The notes under the pieces are model-generated. The model was not told where the DNA came from and ran no database searches. It saw only the letters and a program-made list of their open reading frames with translations. The position numbers were made by a program, and so were the translations under genes. From an uncultured Eubacteriales bacterium (GTDB lineage Bacteria; Acidobacteriota; Aminicenantia; Aminicenantales; Aminicenantaceae), in the NCBI GenBank assembly GCA_964456985.1, contig CAYWDH010000001.1, positions 84,714-148,713 on the forward strand: DNA of 64,000 nt, in the 5' to 3' direction. Within the stretch, counting starts at the first letter, position 1. Every line of letters begins with the position of its first letter. Below are positions 27,921 to 37,703 of the stretch, piece by piece.

Positions 27921-29349
27921 ACTGATTGTACTGCTGGCCGCTGCTTTTCTTTTTTCCTCTGCGGCTGCGCAGAAGATTGATAAAAACATATCCAAAGGCC
28001 TTGAATTCATAAACCCTGAGGATGCCTATACCTATGTCAAAATACTCTCATCTCCCAAATACGAAGGCCGCCATACCGGACATCCTGCCTATAAAGCGGC
28101 TGCTGAATGGGCCGCAGAAAAATTCAGGAACTGGAAGCTCCATCCGATCCTTGATAACGGCTATCTCCAACCCTTTCCATCCCCCTATACGATTGTAGAC
28201 CAAGCTGAGATGACCTTTTTTCCAGCCAATGAAAAAAAGGGGATTGAAGTCAAAGTTGAAAAAGACTTTTTACCGCTCCTCTCCACTGACAGCGGGAGTC
28301 ACACAGCCGGAGTTGTTTTCGCGGGCTGGGGTATTTCCGCTCCGGAGCTTGGATATGATGACTACGCCGGACTGGATGTAAAGGGAAAATTCGTTCTCTG
28401 TTTCAGGGGCACTCCTGATAGGAATGACAAACGCTTTCAAGAACATGATGAGCACCGCCACCGGATGAAGACAGCCAAAGACATGGGCGCTCTGGGAATC
28501 TTCTATATCTATCCCGAACCCATAGCCAATCCGAACATGGACTGGATCAAGGACTTCACTCCTGCTGTTATCAGCGAGAAAACAGCGGATATGATATTCA
28601 AAGAAAAAGGCATCAACTGTCAGGACCTGAAAAATGACCTCCTGACCTATAAAAAACCGCTCTCTTTCCCTCTGTCCTCAAAAATCAGCTACAGCGTCTC
28701 ATCCATGCATTTTCCGGAAGGCATGGGTTACAATATCGCGGGATACGTGCAAGGCTCGGACCCGCAGCTCAAGAAACACTGTCTGGTCATAGGCGGTCAT
28801 TTTGACCACTGCGGGAAACATCTGGGTCTTCTCTTTGCAGGCGCGGATGATAATGCCAGCGGAAGTGCTGTGGTCATGGAAATCGCGGAAGCTTTCTCAA
28901 AACTCAAAATAAAACCAAAGAGGTCGGTCGTCTTTGTTCTTTTCGGCGGAGAAGAAAAAGGACTTCAAGGATCTTCTTTCTTTGTAGACCATATTCCCCC
29001 GGTATTTGAAAAAGTGGACGGCATGTTCAATTTTGATATGGTAGGGGAAGGAGACGGCACCGGCTGCTCTATGAGCCCCGAACCTGAACTCCTGCGCCAA
29101 GTGTTTGAAAAAGCAGATGAATCTGTAAACATACTGGGAAACATTCGTTTTTTAAGAGGAGTGGGAGTCAGGGGTTCTGACTATGCTCCGTTCTATCAAA
29201 AAGGCATTCCCAGCGCTTCATTCGCGTCCAACGGTCCCCACATCGGATATCACCAGACCCGGGATACTATTTACAGGATCAATCCTGATATAATGGCTGA
29301 TATCGCCAAACTTGCGTTTATAGCCGGATATATGTGGGCTGACCGCTAA
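27904..29349 (+). CDS. M28 family metallopeptidase with PA domain (paralog of 24597-26114)
   Basis: GGHFDHCG, GADDNASGS, GGEEKG, NFDMVG, SDY, YHQTRD. Confidence 0.92.
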   Translation: MKTRNKLIVLLAAAFLFSSAAAQKIDKNISKGLEFINPEDAYTYVKILSSPKYEGRHTGHPAYKAAAEWAAEKFRNWKLHPILDNGYLQPFPSPYTIVDQAEMTFFPANEKKGIEVKVEKDFLPLLSTDSGSHTAGVVFAGWGISAPELGYDDYAGLDVKGKFVLCFRGTPDRNDKRFQEHDEHRHRMKTAKDMGALGIFYIYPEPIANPNMDWIKDFTPAVISEKTADMIFKEKGINCQDLKNDLLTYKKPLSFPLSSKISYSVSSMHFPEGMGYNIAGYVQGSDPQLKKHCLVIGGHFDHCGKHLGLLFAGADDNASGSAVVMEIAEAFSKLKIKPKRSVVFVLFGGEEKGLQGSSFFVDHIPPVFEKVDGMFNFDMVGEGDGTGCSMSPEPELLRQVFEKADESVNILGNIRFLRGVGVRGSDYAPFYQKGIPSASFASNGPHIGYHQTRDTIYRINPDIMADIAKLAFIAGYMWADR

Positions 29350-29425
29350 TACATATATATACTCTTAAAGTTCGAGTGTGGCCGAAGCGACATTGAAGAT
29401 ATAGCCTTCGGGAAGCATGAATGTG

Positions 29426-29685
29426 ATCCTGGTTATTCACGAGCCGAGATGGCTGCAGATGCGAGGCGCAGGGTATGAAGCTGTGGTCCTTCACCGCGAA
29501 TGCCCTGCAACAATGCAGATGCTGTGAGATCGGCTCGCCTGTAAGGGAAAATATGGTTGCATAAAATAAAAATCATTACAGGGAATAACAGAAGAAGCAT
29601 GTTCTTAATGAATTAAGAATGATAAAAGAGTCAATCATGGAAAATGTGGATGGAAACGCAACCATATTTTATGAATGACCAGGAT
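29426..29685. mobile_element. Non-autonomous MITE-like element with nested inverted repeats
   Basis: Terminal IR ATCCTGGTTATTCA / TGAATGACCAGGAT (13/14); inner IRs CGAGCCGA/TCGGCTCG, GCAGGGTAT/ATGCCCTGC and AAAATATGGTTGC/GCAACCATATTTT (13/13). Confidence 0.65.
29598..29639. repeat. 42-bp dispersed repeat, copy 1 (copy 2 at 42999-43040)
   Basis: CATGTTCTTAATGAATTAAGAATGATAAAAGAGTCAATCATG, 40/42 identical to copy 2. Confidence 0.9.
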
Positions 29686-30548
29686 TATTCCCCGCGCTTG
29701 AACAAGCGGTAGGTGGGATAAGCGAACTCCACATCCGGTTCTTCGTTGAACTTTTTCAGAACGAACTGACAGATCATATCCTGGCTTGACCTCCTGTTTC
29801 TGGCATTCGTCATATAACGGAGCGTCAGTTCCACCCCGAAATCAACAATATTGGTCCACACCGCAGGAGTCAGCTTCTCAAAGTGGATCAAATATTTCCT
29901 GGACATGTGAGATATTCTCTCTTTGATTAATTCACCATAATCCAGTTCATCTTTTTCTGCCGCCTCGAGTATGATCTGCTTGGCTTTTTCCCAGTTACTT
30001 TCAAAAGTAACGACTATTTTGATCTCATTCCATATATACTCAAACCCACGCGTGTAATTATAGATAGACTCTGTGAATATTTTACTGTTGGGGCAGTGAA
30101 CAACACGTCCCGTACTCTGGTCAGAATCCACCCAGTTTCCGATCTCCAGAAGAGAGGTATAAAAAAGACGGATATCAATGACATCTCCTTTTACATCTCC
30201 TATTTGGACTCTATCTCCGGTATCATAGGGCCTTCTTATAAGCAGCAGAAGCCAACCGGCTATGGCTGTCACAGGCTGGTGTAAAGCTAAGGTCAAGCCG
30301 GCTCCTCCGATCCCAATCAGCGTGGCTATGGACACCTGCTCTTTCAACCAGATCAGGATGATGTTGATTATGGCAAGAACAGATAGGACATAGACCACTG
30401 CTTTTCTGGCAGTGTACCGCTTTTTTGAATCAGGGACAGTTTTATTGATGAGACGGTCTATCAGAAGCGAGAGCATGTAGGCAATAAAAATCGTTAGAAG
30501 GGAAAACAGGATCTTTTGCACATTTGGATTGCTGAGGTATTCGATCAT
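29685..30548 (-). CDS. MscS-family mechanosensitive channel
   Basis: RPYDTGDRVQIG..GDVIDI.LFYT; FAYPT. Confidence 0.9.
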   Translation of the reverse strand: MIEYLSNPNVQKILFSLLTIFIAYMLSLLIDRLINKTVPDSKKRYTARKAVVYVLSVLAIINIILIWLKEQVSIATLIGIGGAGLTLALHQPVTAIAGWLLLLIRRPYDTGDRVQIGDVKGDVIDIRLFYTSLLEIGNWVDSDQSTGRVVHCPNSKIFTESIYNYTRGFEYIWNEIKIVVTFESNWEKAKQIILEAAEKDELDYGELIKERISHMSRKYLIHFEKLTPAVWTNIVDFGVELTLRYMTNARNRRSSQDMICQFVLKKFNEEPDVEFAYPTYRLFKRGE

Positions 30549-30707
30549 TCGCCTTTTTTCTTATACCACATTGACGGCAGCAATGACAATCTCTTTGTCC
30601 TCGAAAGCATATAAAACCGAACCTCTTTATAATCGCTCCAAATATCCATATAATAAAGTCAGCTTGTTTCTACTAATCTAAAAGTAATCTAAAAAGGAGG
30701 CAGCAAA

Positions 30708-31607
30708 ATGGATTATAATGCCCTATTAACCGCATTAAAGGATTGGTTTCTCTCATCAGGTATCACAATAGTACTGATCCTGATAGCTCTTTTTATCGGG
30801 CTCAAACTAATAAAAAGCCTTTCCAAGCGAATCTCTAAACTGTTCCTTAAGAAAAAAGATGATAAAGAAGCCAGAAAAAGAGCTGATACCCTAAGTTCAG
30901 TCATACGAAACACTCTGAGCATTACAGCTGTATTGATAGCCCTGCTTATCATTCTGGGACAGGTGGGTATTGAAATCGGTCCGCTTTTAGCCGCAGCAGG
31001 AATCGCAGGCGTGGCTATAGGATTTGCCGGGCAAAATCTGGTCAAAGATATCATCAATGGTTTCTTTATCCTTCTTGAAGATCAAATAAGAGTCGGAGAT
31101 ATTGTGGAAATAGCGGGAAGATCAGGGGTTGTGGAGCAAATCAATCTGAAACTGACACGGCTACGGGACTTAGAAGGCAATGTCCACTTCATCCCCAATT
31201 CCAATATTGATATCGTATCCAATAAGACCAAAGAGTATTCCTGCTATCTCTTCGATATAGGGATCGCTTACAGAGAGGATGCAGATGAAGTGATGGATGT
31301 CATAAAACAAATAGATGAAGAGATGCGGAATGATCCGGAATGGAAGGATCAAATCTTACAGCCCATTGAGATCTTCGGACTGGACCGGTTCGATGATTCG
31401 GCAGTCATTGTAAGAGCCCGGACCCGAACCGCTCCGGCCATGCAGTGGGGCGTGGGAAGAGAATTCAATCGACGGATCAAAAAGAGATTCGATGAGCTGG
31501 ACATTGAGATCCCGTTCCCTCACACAACTCTTTATATAGGACAAGACAAAGACAAGTCCTCTCCTCCTCTTCATGTGCACATGGAGGAAAAAAGAAGTGC
31601 CCGTTAA
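30708..31607 (+). CDS. MscS-family mechanosensitive channel (YbiO-like)
   Basis: AGIAGVAIGFAGQNLVKD..NGFFILLEDQIRVGD; IEIPFPH. Confidence 0.93.
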   Translation: MDYNALLTALKDWFLSSGITIVLILIALFIGLKLIKSLSKRISKLFLKKKDDKEARKRADTLSSVIRNTLSITAVLIALLIILGQVGIEIGPLLAAAGIAGVAIGFAGQNLVKDIINGFFILLEDQIRVGDIVEIAGRSGVVEQINLKLTRLRDLEGNVHFIPNSNIDIVSNKTKEYSCYLFDIGIAYREDADEVMDVIKQIDEEMRNDPEWKDQILQPIEIFGLDRFDDSAVIVRARTRTAPAMQWGVGREFNRRIKKRFDELDIEIPFPHTTLYIGQDKDKSSPPLHVHMEEKRSAR

Positions 31608-32772
31608 AAATTCCTTTGACTTTCTCATAATAGGAGGAGGGATCATGGGATGCGCCTGCGCTTATTTTCTCCTCACCTCTGACCGGAATCTCAAAGTCGG
31701 CATCGTTGAAAAAGATCTGACCTATTCTCACGCATCCACCACTCTTTCATTGGCAAATGTGCGCATCCAGTTCAGCCTCAAACAGAACATCGAGGTATCA
31801 CAATACGCCCATGAATTCATAAAGGACTTCCCTGAAAAAATGGCGGTCAAAGGTGAAAAGCCTGGCCTCTGCTTTCGCAAAGAAGGAAACTTATTTCTAA
31901 CAGACCGAAAAAACAAACAAGGAGCCGTGCAGGCCTTCAATCTTCAAAAAGACCTGGGATGCCTTGTGAATTGGATCGAACCTGAAGATATTGAATCCGA
32001 ATATCCTTTGTACTCGGCCCAAAAAACAGCCGGAGGGGCCTTCAGCCCTGACGACGGTTACCTGGATGCCTATTCTTTTTTAAACGGTTTCAAACAAAAA
32101 GCCGCTTCTTTGGGAGCGGAACTGATCGAGGACCAGGCTGTTAAACTTCTACTTCATAGAAAAAGGATAACAGGAGCCAGGCTCAAATCAGGAAAGCGCC
32201 TCATGTCCGGAAATGTGATAAACTGTGCGGGCGCATGGGCCGGAGAGCTCGCCAAAACCGCCCGCATCTCCCTTCCCATAACTCCTGTCAAACGCCAGGT
32301 CTTTGTGCTGGAACCCGGAGAAAAACCGGAATCCCCCCTACCCCTGACCGTTCTTCCCTCCGGGCTTTACTTCCGTTCCGAAACAGGAGATAAAATCCTC
32401 GCAGGCAAATCCATGCCCGATGACACAGAAGGAATTGATTTTTCCTGGAATCAGGAGACTTTCAGAGAGCGACTGTGGCCTGAACTTGCGGAATTCGTGC
32501 CTGCGTTTGACCGGCTGAGGCTCCAGAGAGGCTGGTCCGGTCTCTATGCCGTGAACACTCTGGATGAAAACGCCATTCTTGGAGAATGGCCTGAAGTAAA
32601 GGGATTTTATCTGGCTATCGGATTCTCAGGCCATGGGCTGCAGCAGGCTCCTGCTGTGGGGCGTTATCTCTCTGAAATTATCCGTGGGAAAAAACCCGCC
32701 CTTGACCTTTCCATCTTCAGCCCCGAACGCATTCTGGACGCCAAACCCATCTACGAATCCGGAATCGTATAA
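31597..32772 (+). CDS. FAD-dependent oxidoreductase (DAO/sarcosine oxidase beta/FOXRED1-like)
   Basis: IIGGGIMG, INCAGAW, GFSGHGLQQAPAVG. Confidence 0.9.
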   Translation: MPVKNSFDFLIIGGGIMGCACAYFLLTSDRNLKVGIVEKDLTYSHASTTLSLANVRIQFSLKQNIEVSQYAHEFIKDFPEKMAVKGEKPGLCFRKEGNLFLTDRKNKQGAVQAFNLQKDLGCLVNWIEPEDIESEYPLYSAQKTAGGAFSPDDGYLDAYSFLNGFKQKAASLGAELIEDQAVKLLLHRKRITGARLKSGKRLMSGNVINCAGAWAGELAKTARISLPITPVKRQVFVLEPGEKPESPLPLTVLPSGLYFRSETGDKILAGKSMPDDTEGIDFSWNQETFRERLWPELAEFVPAFDRLRLQRGWSGLYAVNTLDENAILGEWPEVKGFYLAIGFSGHGLQQAPAVGRYLSEIIRGKKPALDLSIFSPERILDAKPIYESGIV

Positions 32773-32829
32773 AAATCTGGGATCATTTATTGACTTACCT
32801 CTTCCTTATCCAAATCCACCTCTTTCTTC

Positions 32830-33990
32830 TCAATCTGCAATGTAGCCGGCTCTGTGAAGAATCCTGTAGTTTTTCCCTTTGATCTTCACCTTGATCTTCC
32901 TGAATTTCCCATCTGTCTTATAATCTTTGGGCTTATAGTAGATGAGATAGTAATTTTCTGAAGCCTCCATGGCTTGTTTGAAGGAAAATTCCGGACTTCG
33001 TGAACTTATGGTCACACCTCCTGTGGCATCTGCCATTTCTGAGAACCCGCTGAAGATATCTGCGCGAGTGTCCACCCATCCCAAAATTTCACTCTGCTCC
33101 CTCCCATCCTCTGTAAGAGGAGCTTCCGTGATATATAAAAAATGACAGGTCACAGATGCGTCTGAAAAAGCCTCTCTTATTTCATCTGAGTTAAATGATA
33201 TGTCCGGAAACAGCTCAAATAGGTCTTTATCTGATAAACCAGGGGGAACCGGAAGCATATTCTTCTGGTAAAAAAAGAACACATGTTTCTGCCCTTGGAT
33301 CTGTCTTAAAAACTCTCCGAATTGGGATATTTTCTGTCTGTCAATATACATGTACCCCTTGAGCTTCCTAAAGATCTCCAGAAGCATTCGAGTTCTTAGC
33401 TCTGGGTCCTCAAAACCTGTATACTTCAAATCCCTGAATTCTCTAAGCATACTTCGATAGGCTGAACTGCCCAGTACCGCATCTTCTCTCACTTTTCCCT
33501 TCAATTCTTCAGCTATTTCCTCCTTTGGCATTCTTTCAAAAGCATCTTCATTGAACCGGTAGTTTTTTCGGGGTGTTGTGACGATGAGGGAATCCCCTGG
33601 CAAAAGAACTTCATTAAAGAAGTAATCGATCAATTCTCCCACCCGCGGCAGGTATTCCACAAGCTCAAACATCAGGATAAAGGTTCTCTTCTGGATGGAG
33701 GTAATGGGTTTGACCGGTTGAATCTCTTCGCCTTTTAATGAAGTATCCACCAGCTGGCGTTCTATGTTCTTCTCCTTTATCAAATAAACCGCCTCTATTT
33801 CCTGAAGTTTCCCTTCTTCATATACTTCAAAATCATGGATATCAAGGTCATTAATAAACCGATTCCCTTTAAAAACCCTCACATCCACTTCAATGAGGAT
33901 AGCTCTGGCCTCATGCTGGAGCTCCTGGCCAAAAGTCATAAGAATCAAGAAAAGAATACCAATTAGAAAAATTGGTTTTCGCATTGTCAT
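32830..33990 (-). CDS. Exported VWA-related protein (Acidobacteria type), paralog 2
   Basis: IEVDVRV..FINDL...DFEVYEEGKLQEI; MADATGG; YYLIYYKP..DGKFRKIKVK..HRAGY. Confidence 0.75.
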   Translation of the reverse strand: MTMRKPIFLIGILFLILMTFGQELQHEARAILIEVDVRVFKGNRFINDLDIHDFEVYEEGKLQEIEAVYLIKEKNIERQLVDTSLKGEEIQPVKPITSIQKRTFILMFELVEYLPRVGELIDYFFNEVLLPGDSLIVTTPRKNYRFNEDAFERMPKEEIAEELKGKVREDAVLGSSAYRSMLREFRDLKYTGFEDPELRTRMLLEIFRKLKGYMYIDRQKISQFGEFLRQIQGQKHVFFFYQKNMLPVPPGLSDKDLFELFPDISFNSDEIREAFSDASVTCHFLYITEAPLTEDGREQSEILGWVDTRADIFSGFSEMADATGGVTISSRSPEFSFKQAMEASENYYLIYYKPKDYKTDGKFRKIKVKIKGKNYRILHRAGYIAD

Positions 33991-34019
33991 CCCCCTCCCT
34001 TCTTTTATGACATGTTCTT

Positions 34020-34048
34020 AATATAGATTATGAAAAGGATGATGTCAA
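34020..34048 (-). promoter_or_regulatory. sigma70-type promoter for VWA paralog 2
   Basis: TTGACA-N17-TATATT. Confidence 0.6.
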
Positions 34049-34112
34049 AAAAATAAAATGTTGAGTTTTTACAAATGTTGATTCCTGATTTCTTTGATAT
34101 TTTACTCTAACC

Positions 34113-34180
34113 TTGACAATTCATCTAAAAAATATGTATTATATTTCCATAACTTACCAATAATGGTAGGAAATAGAAAT
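34113..34180 (+). promoter_or_regulatory. abiE promoter with an imperfect inverted repeat (putative AbiEi operator)
   Basis: TTGACA (34113)-N18-TATTAT; IR 34143-34180 with 14/19 matches, reaching the start codon. Confidence 0.55.
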
Positions 34181-34820
34181 GAATTATGAAGAGTTGGTAG
34201 ATCTCTTTGGAGACAGACCGTTTTTTGAAAGTGATGAAGTCCACCTCCTCTTCAAAGAATCCCGGGGACAAATAGAAGCACGCCTCTCTCGCTGGGTGAG
34301 TATGGGAAAACTGCTGAAACTCCGAAACAAAAAATACCTTCTACCGGAAAGATATCGAAAAACCGAACCCAATCCCGGCTATATCTCTAATTTTTTATAC
34401 AGGCCCTCTTATGTTAGTTTAAGAACAGCTCTTGATATTTACGGATTCATTCCAGAATCAACCTATCTGTACGAAGCTATCACTCCAAAGAAAACGACTG
34501 TCTGGAAAACACCTATAGGTATTTTCACATATCATTCCTTAAGAAGAGAGAGGTTCTGGGGATACACTCTGTATCTGGAAACAAGAAGCACTCATCCTCA
34601 GGAAAATTTCATGCTGGCAGAACCAGAAAAGGTTTTTCTTGACCTTTTTTATCTCATCAAAGGAGAATGGACTGAGGAGAGAGTTGTGGAGATGAGGTTC
34701 CAAAATCTTGAGAAAGTCAAAAAAGCAAAACTTCTTGATTACTCAAGACGTTTCAACAGCCCTAAAGTAAACAGAGGAGTCAATCGGTTCATAATGATTC
34801 ACAAAGAGGAAATGAAATGA
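34179..34820 (+). CDS. Type IV TA antitoxin, AbiEi-like
   Basis: wHTH-like LSRWV..GKLLKLR..KY; PSYVSLRTAL..YGFIPE; AEPEKVFLD; ATGA overlap with the toxin gene. Confidence 0.85.
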   Translation: MNYEELVDLFGDRPFFESDEVHLLFKESRGQIEARLSRWVSMGKLLKLRNKKYLLPERYRKTEPNPGYISNFLYRPSYVSLRTALDIYGFIPESTYLYEAITPKKTTVWKTPIGIFTYHSLRRERFWGYTLYLETRSTHPQENFMLAEPEKVFLDLFYLIKGEWTEERVVEMRFQNLEKVKKAKLLDYSRRFNSPKVNRGVNRFIMIHKEEMK

Positions 34821-35617
34821 AAGAACAGGCCTTATCCATTGCAGCAGAGGAAAAAGATCCGAGGCCTTCTCTGAATAAATTAAGAGAATATCTTCATCAT
34901 GTGATTCTTAGAGAACTGTTTGAACAGAACGCACTCGATGAACTCGTTTTTCACGGTGGCACAGCCCTAAGAATCCTTTATGATCTGAGAAGGTTTTCAG
35001 AAGATTTGGATTTTCACTTAAAAGACAAGAGCCCTTTTGATCTAAAAGGTATTGCCCAAAAGATAAAAAAACATTTGGAATTGCAGGGCTATCAGCTGAG
35101 TTTAAAAGGAATCTATACAGATACAGTTCAATCCGTATTTATCAAATTTGAGAGAATCCTTGAGGAAGCTCATCTAACAAGCAAGGGAAGAGAAAAAATG
35201 AGGGTAAAAATCGAAGTGGATACGAATCCTCCCCAAGGTTTTCGAACAGAATCCTCTTTAGTGTATAAATTTTTGCCGTTTGGGGTAATTCATCATGATA
35301 AAACATCATTTCTTGCAGGAAAATTACATGCTATCCTCCAACGTTCTTATACCAAGGGAAGAGATTATTATGATCTGTGGTTTTATCTGAGCAAATGGAA
35401 AGATATGCTCCCTAATCTTCTATACCTCAATAATGCGCTCAAACAAACAGGTTTTAAAAGTCCCCCTCTTAAAAAAGAAAACTGGAGACAAATCACCTCG
35501 GAAAGAATAAAAGTAACGGATTGGGATTATGTGGTAAATGATGTGGAGCCCTTTCTTGAAAACCAGAATGACCTTAAAGTTTTCACTAAACAGACTCTTC
35601 TAACTCTGCTCAGTTAA
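34817..35617 (+). CDS. AbiEii/AbiGii nucleotidyltransferase toxin
   Basis: FHGGTALR..Y...RFSEDLDF; KIEVD; GKLHAIL.R..KGRDYYDL. Confidence 0.92.
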   Translation: MKEQALSIAAEEKDPRPSLNKLREYLHHVILRELFEQNALDELVFHGGTALRILYDLRRFSEDLDFHLKDKSPFDLKGIAQKIKKHLELQGYQLSLKGIYTDTVQSVFIKFERILEEAHLTSKGREKMRVKIEVDTNPPQGFRTESSLVYKFLPFGVIHHDKTSFLAGKLHAILQRSYTKGRDYYDLWFYLSKWKDMLPNLLYLNNALKQTGFKSPPLKKENWRQITSERIKVTDWDYVVNDVEPFLENQNDLKVFTKQTLLTLLS

Positions 35618-35650
35618 AGGAGGGATATTTCTTCTATCCTTCTTTTTTTA
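35616..35650. terminator. Putative intrinsic terminator between convergent genes
   Basis: Stem AAAGGAGGGATA / TATCCTTCTTTT (with GU pairs) followed by a T run. Confidence 0.5.
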
Positions 35651-36547
35651 TTAATAAGGAATATCGCCTTTGACTTTAGTGCTTACGATGAAGAACTGGT
35701 AATCTCGATAATGGACAGTGATCTCGGTCCGGTTGTAAAGCCTTCTGTTTTTATGATAGTAAGCCTCAATGAGTGAGTATTTATTGGGAAATCTTATGTC
35801 TTTGATCCTGTGCTTGAATTCCACAGAACACATGACCTCAGGCCTTGCCTGGAGGAACTCTGCTTCAATTTCAAGGGCATCCATATTCTCAACTGAATCA
35901 GATGTCCATTCGATTCTGGTGATGCTGTAGTCTTCTTCACTTATCCACGCTTTCCCGTGCATTTTGTTTCCTTGTGCATGGGGTCTGGGTATGGCTTCAA
36001 TGACGATCTCCTCATCCATATAGTGTTTCTCTCTTCCTATGATCTGATAGTCATAATCGGCTTGATTGGACTTTCCGAAAATGGCTACAGGCGCTAAGAA
36101 AAGCTGGGAGTGGTGGAATCTTGTTTTAAGCTCTGCATTTTTTACATGTTTTTTCTCATGATTTTCGCTGAGAAGGATCCTTTTTTCCATCACTTTGTTT
36201 GTATAGGGTTTGCGTATGAGCTGGTAGTCGTAGACACATCGGTATACATCTCTTAAATGAGGAGAACACCCTATTGTTATTTTATAAGGTCCGTCTCCCA
36301 ATCCATGACGAATGACTATCTCTCTTAGTCTTTCTGGAAGTTCAGCAAACTCTACTTCAAGGATCTTCTCTTTGCACACGAAATAAAGGGCCAGGCTTCT
36401 TATCTTCTCGCAGTAATCAGCGCACTTATCCAGTATGGCTTCTAACGCCGTATCGTTCGAGTTAACAAGGAGTGCTTCTTGGCTTAAAATGTGTGAAGTA
36501 AAAAGCAGAAAAAAGCATAAAAGAATAAATATGATTTTCTTTTTCAT
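35651..36547 (-). CDS. Exported hypothetical protein, possibly LolA/MucB-like fold
   Basis: Signal peptide; YDYQIIGRE..IEAIP..GKAWISEEDYSITRIEW..RFP..YRDYQFF pattern. Confidence 0.7.
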   Translation of the reverse strand: MKKKIIFILLCFFLLFTSHILSQEALLVNSNDTALEAILDKCADYCEKIRSLALYFVCKEKILEVEFAELPERLREIVIRHGLGDGPYKITIGCSPHLRDVYRCVYDYQLIRKPYTNKVMEKRILLSENHEKKHVKNAELKTRFHHSQLFLAPVAIFGKSNQADYDYQIIGREKHYMDEEIVIEAIPRPHAQGNKMHGKAWISEEDYSITRIEWTSDSVENMDALEIEAEFLQARPEVMCSVEFKHRIKDIRFPNKYSLIEAYYHKNRRLYNRTEITVHYRDYQFFIVSTKVKGDIPY

Positions 36548-36567
36548 CTCTTACCCCTTACTCCCAA

Positions 36568-36596
36568 ATTCTAATTAAAAGATCTGGGTATGTCAA
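36568..36596 (-). promoter_or_regulatory. sigma70-type promoter
   Basis: TTGACA-N17-TAGAAT, about 20 nt upstream of the ATG at 36547. Confidence 0.6.
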
Positions 36597-36621
36597 ACAA
36601 GCGAATACTAAAACCTGATTT

Positions 36622-37677
36622 TTATTCATCCTCCACCTGATACCTGACCACATCTATGGTCCCATCCTCATTGTATTCTCTAAAGAATAAAAAGTTCTTA
36701 TGTGTAGCGATAAGCGTTCCTCTCACATTCAACCAGAAGCTATCCAAATAAGTGCCTTTTTTATCGAATAGGTCAAAAAGCATTCCTCTTTTTTCATCAA
36801 AAGTGGAGGTCCACACCAGGATGTTTCCCCGAAATGTGTAAATATAATTAATATCGGATACATATTTTCTTTCAGGAATTTTAGGCCCGGGCCGGTCCGT
36901 TGTTCTCTTTGGTGCTTTTACTCGGGGATATGGGCGGGTGAATTTATTGATGATTTCCCCCATCCTAATGTCCAATACCGTAACCATGTATTCCTCTGGA
37001 TCAGTCCAGATGCAAAATCGCCCATCATGGCTCATGATGGTGACAGCACGTCCCCAATTCACCATGATATTTTCACCTCGATAGGCTCTTAGGATAGCCC
37101 CAGGGAATTCCTTTATCACTTCTTCGTTTTTTGAAAGCACCACAATTGACATTTGATAATCAACAATATTCCCTGTGCTCTCCTTAGCATCAGAAAAATT
37201 CGTTTTAATCAAAATAAAATAATCTCTCAATAGACCAAGCAGAAGACTGTAGCGTTTGGTTAAATGGAATTCTTTCAATAATTTCCCTTCCAGATCCATA
37301 TGCAGGATTTTGGAGTTTCCTGAATCATAGATAAAGATGTCCTTCTCTTGAAGTACATACCTTACGAACTGTTGGATCTCTCCTGGTCCCTGGCCTTTTT
37401 TAAATAGATTTTTAACAAATTGGCCCTCTGGTGTGAATTTAAGGAGCTGATTGGAGTCATGAAGAAAAATAAATCCATCTTCTGAGATTTTCACAAATTG
37501 GGGCCGTTTGAAAAAGAATTCCTCTCCCTGGTCATTTATTCGAAGAACTTCCTTTACATCAAGGATCCGGCCGGCATTGGGATTCAATGGCTTTTTAGGA
37601 TTCTCGATAATTTCCTGGGAAAAAACTAATGGAAGGAAAAGCAAAAAGAAAAATAGAATGAAAACAAATTTTTTCAT
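36622..37677 (-). CDS. Exported 6-bladed beta-propeller protein
   Basis: LKFTPEGQFVK...KGQGPGEI; FDLFDKKGTYL; signal peptide. Confidence 0.8.
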   Translation of the reverse strand: MKKFVFILFFFLLFLPLVFSQEIIENPKKPLNPNAGRILDVKEVLRINDQGEEFFFKRPQFVKISEDGFIFLHDSNQLLKFTPEGQFVKNLFKKGQGPGEIQQFVRYVLQEKDIFIYDSGNSKILHMDLEGKLLKEFHLTKRYSLLLGLLRDYFILIKTNFSDAKESTGNIVDYQMSIVVLSKNEEVIKEFPGAILRAYRGENIMVNWGRAVTIMSHDGRFCIWTDPEEYMVTVLDIRMGEIINKFTRPYPRVKAPKRTTDRPGPKIPERKYVSDINYIYTFRGNILVWTSTFDEKRGMLFDLFDKKGTYLDSFWLNVRGTLIATHKNFLFFREYNEDGTIDVVRYQVEDE

Positions 37678-37703
37678 TTTTTAGCTCCCAAATTTTTATT
37701 ATA

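Noticed and set aside
29433-29600. 55-aa minus-strand ORF (MLLLLFPVMIF...) across the MITE-like element
   Set aside because: No SD; crosses palindromic arms; probably spurious, though a small toxic peptide cannot be excluded
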